NCBI GenBank assembly: GCA_030018005.1
Contig: JASEGT010000004.1
Span: forward strand, 7,198-39,197
DNA length: 32,000 nucleotides
Direction of reading: 5' to 3'
Origin: Actinomycetota bacterium
Lineage (GTDB): Bacteria > Actinomycetota > Aquicultoria > Aquicultorales > Aquicultoraceae
In this document: positions 24,042 through 32,000 of the stretch, one piece after another
Position numbering within the stretch: position 1 is the first letter of the stretch
Layout of the letters: each line of letters opens with the position of its first letter
Position numbers and translations under genes: made by a program
Notes under the pieces: generated by a model
Told to the model about the DNA's origin: nothing
The model's database searches: none
What the model saw: only the letters and a program-made list of their open reading frames with translations

Positions 24042-25549
24042 ACCCGCTCCTTGTTGTGTGCTATTTGCGACTGCAGGGCTCGGCCTTTTTCTGTTAGTTG
24101 ATACTTCTGTTTGCTGCTTTGCGGTTTATCGGGAATGGTCATTTCAATCAGGCCTTCCTCAATCAATGGACTGAGAACTTGGTGCCGGAACTTGGTTCTA
24201 TCGGATCGCTGGGCTATTGCCATAAGGTCCACTAGCGCGGTCTCTTCGCGGCACTTTTCGAGGATTTCGACTTGGTGCCGACTTAGTGCCAACTTGGTGC
24301 CGACTTGTTCAAACACTTCCCTGGTGACTTCTTGCGGAACCGGACGCCACAGCGTCTGCACAAACTGTCCGCCGTCCTGGCGAAAATCAGGTGTGGGCAA
24401 ATCGGCCTCGGCACAGCGAGCGATCATATCTAAGGTTCCCGTGCCTGCCTTCTCAATATATCCGGCGAGAAACAAGGGTCCGGCAAGCAAGGGGTTGTGT
24501 GGGATAGATGCATGCGGTACCCGCAATGACTCCAGCGTCAAGGTGGACGGGAGCTGACCGGGGTTCCAAACTTCGAGCCGGTCGGCGAAGAGCATGACCT
24601 GCACACTGGCGTTGCTGGTGTAATCGCGATGAGCGATGGCGTTGACGATGGCTTCGCCTACGGCTTCGCGCGGCAATTCGTATTCGACCGGGGCTTGCGG
24701 CCCCTGCTCCCGGGTACCGACCGAGCGGGCTATTTTAGACATCACGAAATCCAACGCCTGGTCTACCAATTCGAATACAGTGCCTTTATATATCTGATAT
24801 GATGGAATCGGCTTGCGTACCTCGGTGCCATGGAAATGCAAGCATTTGACTTCTGAGGTTACCAAAAATCGTTGCGGCAACTTGCCAAAGAGCAGGACTG
24901 CCGCATGGCTGGGGTATTTCCCCGCAAGAAGATCGAGGTGCGCTAAGGCCTTGCGCATTGTTGTTCCGGGGCCTAACGGATAGCCGCGATTGCTTTGGGC
25001 ACGCGCCAAGAATTCATCCAGCTTCTCAGTGGAGAGATCTTCAAGTGTCGCGCGCGGGCAAACGGATGCGTCAAACGGCCCTGCCTGAATGACCCCAACC
25101 CGCTCCAGGTGCTCGACCAAGCTGGCATAAAGCGCAGACGTCAGCTCGGGTAAGTCGGTAAAACGGCGGCGTATAAGTTGTTTGCCTGCCTTGCGAACAA
25201 GCTCGCGCATCTTGGGATGGCGGGCGTCGTCGTTTTGGCCCTTTATAAAAATTAGGCGCGGTTTGCCCGCGGCCGTAGCTCTATCAAATTCGCGCTCGGT
25301 GGGCGACATACCTTCCGCATCCTCATACCCATAGTCCTGGCCGAACAAGCCGACATAGATGTCGCAGCGATCCACCTCATCAAGATATACGGAATCAGCC
25401 CGGCGGTCGGATGCGGGTAGGTCCTCGAACAGGAAGACTTCGAAAAAGCGGCGCAATAATGGGTCGCCGTGAAGGTACGCCTTCAGTTCTCGGCGTTCTT
25501 CGGCAAACTCTTTCTGGGCGCTGCTGATAAAGATACGGAGCCTGTTCAC
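24038..25549 (-). CDS. DUF4062-like N-terminal domain fused to a Schlafen/AlbA_2-type domain, an HATPase_c_4-like region and a C-terminal wHTH
   Basis: 503-aa ORF with a GTG start (25549-25547), 5 nt after the upstream TAA. The N-terminus RIFISSAQKEFAEERRELKAYL...DRCDIYVGLFGQDYGY matches my recollection of DUF4062. The middle and C-terminal parts (GKPRLIFIKG; REAVGEAIVNAIAHRDYTSNASVQVMLFADRLEVWNPGQLP; LSRHQVEILEKC...IEEGLIEMT) match proteins often annotated as a 'RecG-like' putative DNA-binding protein. Confidence 0.75.
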   Translation of the reverse strand: MNRLRIFISSAQKEFAEERRELKAYLHGDPLLRRFFEVFLFEDLPASDRRADSVYLDEVDRCDIYVGLFGQDYGYEDAEGMSPTEREFDRATAAGKPRLIFIKGQNDDARHPKMRELVRKAGKQLIRRRFTDLPELTSALYASLVEHLERVGVIQAGPFDASVCPRATLEDLSTEKLDEFLARAQSNRGYPLGPGTTMRKALAHLDLLAGKYPSHAAVLLFGKLPQRFLVTSEVKCLHFHGTEVRKPIPSYQIYKGTVFELVDQALDFVMSKIARSVGTREQGPQAPVEYELPREAVGEAIVNAIAHRDYTSNASVQVMLFADRLEVWNPGQLPSTLTLESLRVPHASIPHNPLLAGPLFLAGYIEKAGTGTLDMIARCAEADLPTPDFRQDGGQFVQTLWRPVPQEVTREVFEQVGTKLALSRHQVEILEKCREETALVDLMAIAQRSDRTKFRHQVLSPLIEEGLIEMTIPDKPQSSKQKYQLTEKGRALQSQIAHNKERV

Positions 25550-25554
25550 AGTTC

Positions 25555-28500
25555 TTACTCCATTACTATACGTACGTTGGCCGGGTCTTTGCCACGGGTG
25601 AGCTGATCTATGTATTCATCAAACCGTTTTTTTATCTCTGTTGGGGTCGCCGGTCCGCCCATCACTTGCAAGGCATTTTGCAGCTCTTTCGTCTTGACGG
25701 TTACTTTTACCAGGCTGGAGAGGACCTCCTTTAGAGCGTGAACGAAGTTACTATCAAGCGGCACCGGTAGCTCCCGAGACGCGATGAAGGCTTCGAGCGG
25801 TTCGCGGTCGTCGACTTTGAGCAGACCCATATTGGCCTGGGTCATCGGGTCTTCGAGGTTGCCGAGGATGGTTGATGTCCAGCCATCCGCCATGGCGTCG
25901 AGCTGTGCATCCATCTGATCGATAATCTGAGAACCTGCGGCACTCGCTTCTATTGATGGCCGAAAGCCACAATGCGGGCAGACCGGGGTGGAATCGAGAT
26001 TCTGCTCGGTTAAAGCAAAGCAACTCTTGAGCCCCGCCAGGCGCTCTTGGAAGTCGATGAGCTGTTGCCGGGGCATCAAATCTATCCCAGCCAGTTTCTG
26101 CAGTGTATGCAGACGAGAATCGTTCAGTAGCGCCACTTTACGCTTGTCATCATTAACACCGAGACGCGACTTCGTGTGTAATGCTATGTAAGTGATGATG
26201 TAGTCTCTTTTAAGTTGCTGTAGCTTGGCTGCAATGCTTTTAGATTGTTCCGACATCGCGGCGAAATCGGCCTGTTTCAGGCTATCCAAAACATCCTGCC
26301 GGGTGACCTTCATGCGGTCCACCCAGTCATGGTCGGTAGAAAGAACGGACTCGGCCGTAGTAAGCCAGGATGCGATCGGGCTATGGTCCATCACGAACGC
26401 GCGCAGCGCGTCCAGATCATCCAACGCCTTAACGGCCTTCTCATGCGATGTGACCTCTTGAGCGCTATAGTTAAAATTCTTGAGTTTACCGGGCGTAGAG
26501 TACGCTTGCAGAGACTCGAAAAATGTCTTGGCTTCATCCAAACCACCTGCCTGCATCCCCAGATCGGTTTCCGCAAGCAGGTTTAAGCCCCAAAACGAGA
26601 TGCCGCCTTGCATGGCCTGCTGGGTCATGACGATGCGTTTCACCATATTACCCACGGCCTGTTGAAGATTCTGTACCGGCTCATCCTTACCCTGGGTGAT
26701 GAGCTGCGCCATGCCCGGCGTCATCCCGAGCAGTTCAAACAGCGCCTTGAGCGCCGGTAGGTTCCATTCTTTTGGTTGCTCCAAATGCTTAAAGCGGATC
26801 AGCTCGTCCATGCTCGTAGCCGCCACATGCTGAAGCCCTGTGGCGTCAAACTTTTTCCCAGGGATGGAGAGTACGATATCACCTGAGTAGACGAGCGCGG
26901 CCAAGACGACCACCGCCCATTCCAGCTCTAGTCGGGCCGCGCCGGGGTTCATATATTCCAAGCCGTGGTCGTCCTCGATTATTTCGCTGCGATTGATCAC
27001 TTGCCCGTGGCCTTTAGCTTTGAGTGCATCGATAATAAGGCTCGCGTACCTGGATTTATAGGGGTCAATCTTCTCGCCGTCGAGCAGTTCCAATGCGTCT
27101 AGCACAGCGGCGGCCTGTTTGGTGCGGTTTTGCCCGGCGATAGCCCGTAAGGCATCTTGAGCAGCCTGCGTGCGATTGCTACCGGTGATCAAAACCGAGA
27201 AGAACGGATATTCGGGGGCCTGGTCGGCAAAATGCGGAGCCAAACAAATGCCCGCGATGGTGTTGACCAGGTCGCGGAAGTTGATAGTCTCGTGCGCTGA
27301 CAGGCCAGACAGGTCGCGAATGGATTTGCCTTTCGCCCACTCAGCCATTGACCTAGCGCGTCCCTGATACGTCACCTCAAAGGCATCGCTCATATGTTGT
27401 TGCAGCCACTGCACCAGCTTGCGCAGAAAACTATTGGCCTTGGATTCATACGTCGCCTTGGCGTGGCCGGAAGAGGTCGCCGCCAAGTCCAGCGCGGCCG
27501 CGTAACTCTTGAGTGCGGTCCGGAAATCCTCGTCGATTCCCTTTAAGTAAAAGAAGACCTCGTCGCCCTGCTTCTCATCCCTGAATCGCGGCGGCTCGTT
27601 CGGTTGAATGAAATATAGATAGAAGTCACGCTGCGGAACTGCAGTGGAGCGCTCGTTGGGAGCGCCGAAGAACAGGTAGCCAGAGCGAGCGGCCTTATGT
27701 TCCTGCCACACCAGCTCGTGCTGCCAGATTCTGTAGCCGGTGACATAGGTCGCGTCTTGGCATTCCATTACTCGTTTGAGAGCCTCGTAGTAGAAGCGAT
27801 CGAGCTGGGCATCGCCCATGCTCTCGGCCCGTTTGTCGATGAGGGCGTCAAAGTCGTCAGTCTTCTTCAGGTCCAGATAGAACTGGCGGTTGTCCGGGCT
27901 AAATGAGATGAATTGCCCGCTCACGGTCTTGTGTATCTCACGCAGAACCGTTTCTACATGGGTCTGCAAATCTTTTTCGGGTTCATCGCTGCCCATTTCG
28001 GCAATCATCGGCTCAAACAGACACAGGCTATCGCGCAGCTCTTCGGCAGTCGCACCGAGAGGGGCGTAAATGTCACCGGTAGTGAGACGGTGAACCGATA
28101 GCGCATCTATCAAGCGCAAGGCCATTGGCTTGTATGGTGGGCGGGTGAAGGCCTGCTGTATGCGTGATTCCAGCACCTGGCTGCAATCGATCACAGCCCG
28201 AATCTCGGGAATTGCCCGAAAGGCGGCGTTCTGTTTTAGCGTAGCCCAATAACTGTCATAGGAGAGTAGCCCGGGTTGGTCCTCCGGCACCTCTTTATCC
28301 AGGATACCTTTCATGCTCATGGACAGAGTTTTTAATATCTCGCGCTTTTCGACCACCGTCACCCGTTCGAAGGTGTCTATGTAGTCGGGATGTATCGGAA
28401 AAAGGCGGACGAATTCGTCCATCCTTTCATTCAGGTGACTATAGTATTTCGCAAACGGCATTAAATACTCTCGGATTTTGGCCTGCTGCTCTGCCGTCTT

Positions 28501-29283
28501 CTTTAGTAAACGCTCGGAGACGACAAATTTCACGTCGTTGCGGGCAATCAGAACCTGCTCGAAACGGTCTTTTACCCGACGAATGCTGTCGGATACAAAG
28601 GCAAAGCGCGGGCTATCGAAGATGGCTTCCTGGACGCCGGCGATAAAGCGGAATCGGAGGTCTTTGCAGACCTCGCCGACTTCGCGAAGAAAGTTCAGGT
28701 CTAGAATTAGTTCCTGGTCTTTACGGGAGCGAAGATAGTCAAGAAGTTCATCAACGACGAGGAGCAGGCCATGATCCGGGTAAGCCTGATGAAAAGCGGT
28801 CATCATCTCCTCGAAGGCCCGTTTATGGCTGGAGATTGTGTCCGCTTCAGGAAACACATACATCACGCCGAGTTTGTCGAGGTTTTCTTCCAGTTCGGCG
28901 ACGAGGATATCGCGCAGCGACATTGTCGTCGCACCGATTTCGGTACGGATTACCTTGAACCGTCCGGCAATCTTCTTGGCGGCATCGGCGACGCCGGTAT
29001 GATTCAGGACATCTAGCAGAGAAGCGTCTTCGGCGATACTGGAGACCACCGACATCAAGTGAGATTTACCAGTTCCGTAGTTGCCGACAACCAGCATTCC
29101 CTTATTATCGACCGGTTCGTCGAACTGCAATTGCGGAACGACAAGCCCGATTAGCCGCTCAGCCATTTCTTCGGAAATGACGTAAGTGCTCACCAAATGA
29201 TGCGCAGCGCCGGACTTAGCCGCGTCGCGCAGTTGAACCACCGTTTCAATTGGGTCGAACTGGATAAGATCGCCGTATTTCAT
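25555..29283 (-). CDS. Large P-loop NTPase, BrxC/PglY-class
   Basis: 1242-aa ORF. Walker A is [15 protein letters not shown] and Walker B is [15 protein letters not shown] long helical C-terminal part contains a single CPHC knuckle (25969-25980). Its size, motifs and position next to a methylase and PglZ match the BREX ATPase role. The ATG at 29283 overlaps the upstream TGA (ATGA). Confidence 0.75.
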   Translation of the reverse strand: MKYGDLIQFDPIETVVQLRDAAKSGAAHHLVSTYVISEEMAERLIGLVVPQLQFDEPVDNKGMLVVGNYGTGKSHLMSVVSSIAEDASLLDVLNHTGVADAAKKIAGRFKVIRTEIGATTMSLRDILVAELEENLDKLGVMYVFPEADTISSHKRAFEEMMTAFHQAYPDHGLLLVVDELLDYLRSRKDQELILDLNFLREVGEVCKDLRFRFIAGVQEAIFDSPRFAFVSDSIRRVKDRFEQVLIARNDVKFVVSERLLKKTAEQQAKIREYLMPFAKYYSHLNERMDEFVRLFPIHPDYIDTFERVTVVEKREILKTLSMSMKGILDKEVPEDQPGLLSYDSYWATLKQNAAFRAIPEIRAVIDCSQVLESRIQQAFTRPPYKPMALRLIDALSVHRLTTGDIYAPLGATAEELRDSLCLFEPMIAEMGSDEPEKDLQTHVETVLREIHKTVSGQFISFSPDNRQFYLDLKKTDDFDALIDKRAESMGDAQLDRFYYEALKRVMECQDATYVTGYRIWQHELVWQEHKAARSGYLFFGAPNERSTAVPQRDFYLYFIQPNEPPRFRDEKQGDEVFFYLKGIDEDFRTALKSYAAALDLAATSSGHAKATYESKANSFLRKLVQWLQQHMSDAFEVTYQGRARSMAEWAKGKSIRDLSGLSAHETINFRDLVNTIAGICLAPHFADQAPEYPFFSVLITGSNRTQAAQDALRAIAGQNRTKQAAAVLDALELLDGEKIDPYKSRYASLIIDALKAKGHGQVINRSEIIEDDHGLEYMNPGAARLELEWAVVVLAALVYSGDIVLSIPGKKFDATGLQHVAATSMDELIRFKHLEQPKEWNLPALKALFELLGMTPGMAQLITQGKDEPVQNLQQAVGNMVKRIVMTQQAMQGGISFWGLNLLAETDLGMQAGGLDEAKTFFESLQAYSTPGKLKNFNYSAQEVTSHEKAVKALDDLDALRAFVMDHSPIASWLTTAESVLSTDHDWVDRMKVTRQDVLDSLKQADFAAMSEQSKSIAAKLQQLKRDYIITYIALHTKSRLGVNDDKRKVALLNDSRLHTLQKLAGIDLMPRQQLIDFQERLAGLKSCFALTEQNLDSTPVCPHCGFRPSIEASAAGSQIIDQMDAQLDAMADGWTSTILGNLEDPMTQANMGLLKVDDREPLEAFIASRELPVPLDSNFVHALKEVLSSLVKVTVKTKELQNALQVMGGPATPTEIKKRFDEYIDQLTRGKDPANVRIVME

Positions 29284-29795
29284 GCTTGTCCTGCCTCTCT
29301 CGTATCCTTTATAGAATCGGCCTCTACTGCGCTGTCCATCCGCACCAGCAATGTGTCGCTCAGACCATAGTTTCGATACTCTGGATGACCTGCTTCGGCA
29401 TATATGAGCTTCCCTTTCTCCGCTAAACCATTCCAGGAAGCAACCACACAGCGATTTCTTGAAACACTCTGCAAAAGCCTCAAGGGGTCTTGCTTCAACT
29501 CTTTGTCGAACAAAATTTCAAGATTGTCGAGCACTACGGTCGACCCCTCTGCCCCCGCAATTTGGTCGAGAATTTCCGGCAGCCGAAGGGCGCGTTGTTT
29601 TGAAGTTAATTCAAGTAGGCGTGCCGAAAGCTCTAAATTGATATTGATGACCGGAACGCCGAGATCGTCAGCCACGGCACGAAGGGCTACCGTCTTGCCT
29701 GTGCCGGTTTCTCCAACCAACAAAACAAGCCTGTAATACAGCCCTTCCGCAGCCTGAAGTGCACGTTTAACTTGGTCTCGAATCGGCACAGTCAT
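29280..29795 (-). CDS. Small P-loop ATPase, first gene of the operon (BrxF-like)
   Basis: 171-aa ORF. Walker A is [14 protein letters not shown] and the Walker-B-like motif is [16 protein letters not shown] lies upstream of the ATG at 29795. The BrxF label rests on size, position and my recollection of that family. Confidence 0.7.
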   Translation of the reverse strand: MTVPIRDQVKRALQAAEGLYYRLVLLVGETGTGKTVALRAVADDLGVPVININLELSARLLELTSKQRALRLPEILDQIAGAEGSTVVLDNLEILFDKELKQDPLRLLQSVSRNRCVVASWNGLAEKGKLIYAEAGHPEYRNYGLSDTLLVRMDSAVEADSIKDTREAGQA

Positions 29796-29848
29796 AGTTT
29801 ATTCCTCAGCGTTCCTTTTTCGTTTGTTTGGCTTATCAGTCACAATCC

Positions 29849-29878
29849 ATCTTAGCTTGTCATGTTTATCACATTCAA
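29849..29878 (-). promoter_or_regulatory. Candidate promoter of the defence operon
   Basis: On the minus strand: TTGAAT (29878-29873), 18-nt spacer, TAAGAT (29854-29849), about 50 nt upstream of the ATG at 29795. It lies inside a 378-bp AT-rich non-coding stretch. This is a weak pattern match. Confidence 0.2.
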
Positions 29879-30173
29879 AAAGCCGCGATCATCGCCCGCC
29901 AGTTGGCTCTCTTACATAAACCTTCGTCCTATATTATAGCGAAGTTTCAGTCAACGGCTGAAAATCTCCGGATAATCACATCATGTGGATATAATGACAC
30001 AATATATACTCATAAACTATACGGGAATACTACGAACAATAAGATTTTCTTACCAAGTCTAGATGAGTTTTCCGAAGTTAATACCCTTTGCTTTTCTAAA
30101 CCCTGTTTAAACCACAGGTGCTCCATGGTTTAACGATTTCAGGTACGACTGGGCTCGATATTTCTCGTCCCGT

Positions 30174-30920
30174 CTAAATCTGCACCTTCGAGAAGAGATA
30201 CCCGCCGATGAAAAGCAAAATAGTACCGCCGATACCGAGCGCCGCAAAGTCGACGAGGAAGCCGAAGTGAGTCGATCCTATAAGTGCTCCGCGCAGGGCA
30301 TCGACGCCGTACGAGAGCGGGTTAAACATGGTTATATAGGTCAAAACGCCCGGCAATCCTTCGAGCGGAAATAGCGCGCCCGAGAGGAAAAACGTCGGCA
30401 TTATAAGAAAGCTCATGATTAGCTGGAAGCCCTGCATATCCTCTAGAAACGAGGCAATAGCGGTGCCGAGCGCCGTAAAGAGCATGGCCGTTAAGAACAT
30501 GAAGACTATTGCGATCGGCGCCATCAGCCAATTCTCGACTTTGAACCCCGCGACAAACGAGATGGAGAAGACGACAAAGCCCTGGAAGATGGCGATTGTC
30601 GCGCCGCCCAGGCTCCGGCCGAGCATGATGTGAAAGCGCGATACCGGTGCCACCAGCGTCTCTTTCAGGAAACCGAATTGCCGATCCCAGATTATTTCGA
30701 TACCGGTAAACATCGAAGTAAAAAGTATTGTCATCGCCATGATGCCGGGAACGAGAAACTGAATGTAGTCGCCCTGCCCCGCCTGCTGGTAAATCGGGCC
30801 GAACCCGAAGCCGAGCGCGAACAAGAACAAGAGCGGCTGACCAAGCGCACCGACTATGCGCGATTTCGAGCGGAAGTAGCGCTTGAGCTGCCTGAGCCAA
30901 AGGATGTACACGGCATTCAT
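30174..30920 (-). CDS. ABC-2 type transporter permease
   Basis: 248-aa ORF with six hydrophobic segments and the N-terminus ILWLRQLKRYFRSKSRIVGALGQPLLFL typical of ABC-2 permeases. The ATG at 30920 overlaps the ATPase TGA (ATGA). Confidence 0.85.
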   Translation of the reverse strand: MNAVYILWLRQLKRYFRSKSRIVGALGQPLLFLFALGFGFGPIYQQAGQGDYIQFLVPGIMAMTILFTSMFTGIEIIWDRQFGFLKETLVAPVSRFHIMLGRSLGGATIAIFQGFVVFSISFVAGFKVENWLMAPIAIVFMFLTAMLFTALGTAIASFLEDMQGFQLIMSFLIMPTFFLSGALFPLEGLPGVLTYITMFNPLSYGVDALRGALIGSTHFGFLVDFAALGIGGTILLFIGGYLFSKVQI

Positions 30921-31744
30921 CGTCTAGCCTTCCTGGTCCACATCTTGCTTGCCATCCTCATGTTGTCGAGGCCGGTCGCCTCTTCCTCGCGGATGGTCTT
31001 GCCGGTATAGGTGAGGAAGGCTTCTTCGAGCGTTGCGGACCCGGTCCGCTCTTTAAGTTCGCGCGGTGTGCCTTGCGCGACTATCTTGCCGTGGTCTATG
31101 ATGGCGACTTTGTCGGCCACCCGGTCGGCCTCCTCCATGATGTGAGTGGTAAGAAAGACGGTGATGTGCTCCTTCTTGTTCAAATCTTTTATGTGCTCCC
31201 AAATGAGATTTCGCGTCTGCGGGTCGAGCCCGAGCGTCGGTTCATCCAGGAAGAGTATCTTCGGCAAGTGCAGCAGCCCGCGCGCTATCTCGAGACGGCG
31301 TTTCATGCCGCCCGAGAAGAATTTGACCTGGTCATCTCTTCGCCCCCAGAGCTGGACAAACTTGAGCATCTCCTCGATTCTTGCCTTGCGCGTGCTTTTC
31401 GGTATCTTATATAAGACCGCATGAAAATACATATTCTCATACGTGGTAAGCTCGTCGTCGAGGCTCGGGTCCTGGAAGACGATGCCGAATGAGCGCCGTA
31501 CCTCGTTTTGTTCCCGCGCCGGGTCGAACCCGTCGAGGAGCATCTCGCCGCTCGTAGGCTGCAGTAGCGTCGTCAGCATCTTTATCGTCGTCGTCTTGCC
31601 TGCCCCGTTCGGACCGAGAAACGCGAATATCTCACCTCTTCGCACGTCGAACGAGACATCGTCCACGGCGGTAAAATCCTTGAATTTCTTAGTCAGGTTT
31701 CTGACCTGTATTATGCTGTCGTTTTTCAAATATGCTTCATGCAT
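30917..31744 (-). CDS. ABC transporter ATP-binding protein
   Basis: 275-aa ORF. Walker A is GPNGAGKTT, the signature is [15 protein letters not shown], Walker B is [12 protein letters not shown] and the H-loop is LTTHIMEEA. Confidence 0.92.
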   Translation of the reverse strand: MHEAYLKNDSIIQVRNLTKKFKDFTAVDDVSFDVRRGEIFAFLGPNGAGKTTTIKMLTTLLQPTSGEMLLDGFDPAREQNEVRRSFGIVFQDPSLDDELTTYENMYFHAVLYKIPKSTRKARIEEMLKFVQLWGRRDDQVKFFSGGMKRRLEIARGLLHLPKILFLDEPTLGLDPQTRNLIWEHIKDLNKKEHITVFLTTHIMEEADRVADKVAIIDHGKIVAQGTPRELKERTGSATLEEAFLTYTGKTIREEEATGLDNMRMASKMWTRKARR

Positions 31745-31939
31745 CTCTAGTCTTTATCTCCATCACTTTCAAAGAAATCACTAAGCGTGCATAGCTGTTG
31801 TCATCACAGCCGCAATCCTTATTATATTCCATAACACAACCGATGTGTTGGGCGAGGATGATTCCTGATTGATTAGTGAATCGACCCATATTAGGCGGCT
31901 GGCCGGATGGGTAAGAGAGAAGACAAAGGAGATGATAGT

Positions 31940-32000
31940 ATGACGAGTGACAGGGACTCATCCAGGCATGCCCGCAAAGACAACTCAGGGGCACCGGCAA
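31940..32000 (+). CDS. Possible 5' end of a divergently transcribed gene (runs off the right edge)
   Basis: AGGAG (31927-31931), an 8-nt spacer, then ATG at 31940 reading MTSDRDSSRHARKDNSGAPA. The frame stays open to the window end. It is too short to identify. Confidence 0.3.
   Translation, partial: MTSDRDSSRHARKDNSGAPA

Noticed and set aside
25969-25980. CPHC in the 1242-aa ATPase, considered as a zinc ribbon
   Set aside because: Only one CxxC pair is present, plus a lone Cys 15 residues upstream. Without a second pair it cannot be called a Zn-ribbon from sequence alone.
29933-29954. TTGACT (29954-29949) and TATAAT (29938-29933) on the minus strand upstream of the defence operon
   Set aside because: Both hexamers look excellent, but the spacer is only 10 nt, which is incompatible with a sigma70-type promoter. 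The TATAAT alone may still matter, so the region is flagged only as the likely promoter area.
29828-30133. 101-aa plus-strand ORF in the AT-rich region upstream of the defence operon
   Set aside because: It starts at a TTG with no SD. Its composition simply reflects AT-rich non-coding DNA, it has no recognisable motif, and it is the only plus-strand reading in a minus-strand neighbourhood.
30107-30133. Hairpin ttaaacca-N11-tggtttaa just downstream of the ABC permease stop, considered as a terminator
   Set aside because: The stem is only 8 bp and all-weak (AT-rich), the loop is 11 nt, and no T/U tract follows on the transcribed strand.
31737-32000. 87-aa minus-strand ORF running in from the right edge and overlapping the ABC ATPase start
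   Set aside because: It has no SD or sensible start and a Cys/His-rich odd composition. The opposite strand has a textbook AGGAG-N8-ATG at 31940, which is the more plausible gene. A small Cys-containing peptide (MEYNKDCGCDDNS...) upstream of the ABC exporter was considered as a RiPP-like precursor. There is no supporting SD and no modification enzyme nearby.
1-32000. Search by eye for CRISPR arrays, tRNA/rRNA genes, IS elements or integrases, and toxin-antitoxin pairs
   Set aside because: I saw no regularly spaced direct repeats, no cloverleaf-like or rRNA-like non-coding stretch (non-coding gaps are all under 400 bp), and no DDE, tyrosine or serine recombinase motif in any ORF.

Overview
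Almost the whole window is coding, and nearly all genes are on the minus strand. The left third is housekeeping: a histidine operon (hisD-hisC-hisB-hisH-hisA-hisF, with hisF running off the left edge), then a dnaE gene interrupted by a full-length 450-aa intein carrying a LAGLIDADG homing endonuclease. Next come a Cache-type membrane sensor with a degenerate GGDEF domain (plus strand) and a deoxyhypusine-synthase-like gene. The right end holds a two-gene ABC-2 exporter and a possible divergent gene start. The main result is a ~17 kb, ten-gene, translationally coupled minus-strand operon at 12797-29795. It carries the BREX core: PglZ, a 1242-aa P-loop NTPase and a 945-aa DNA methyltransferase. 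It also has an SNF2 helicase and a small P-loop ATPase, which resemble BREX type 3 parts as I recall that classification. Embedded in it are genes I cannot place in any described BREX subtype. One is an AT-rich three-gene cassette: a PD-(D/E)xK/wHTH-like protein, a bare Hanks Ser/Thr kinase core and an unassignable 397-aa alpha/beta protein. Another is a DUF4062-Schlafen/AlbA_2-like fusion, and the last is a terminal 253-aa helical protein. I found no rRNA, tRNA, CRISPR array, transposase or integrase. All family calls come from motif recognition by eye; no HMM, BLAST or structure search was run. The only composition figures are hand counts of individual 60-nt lines.
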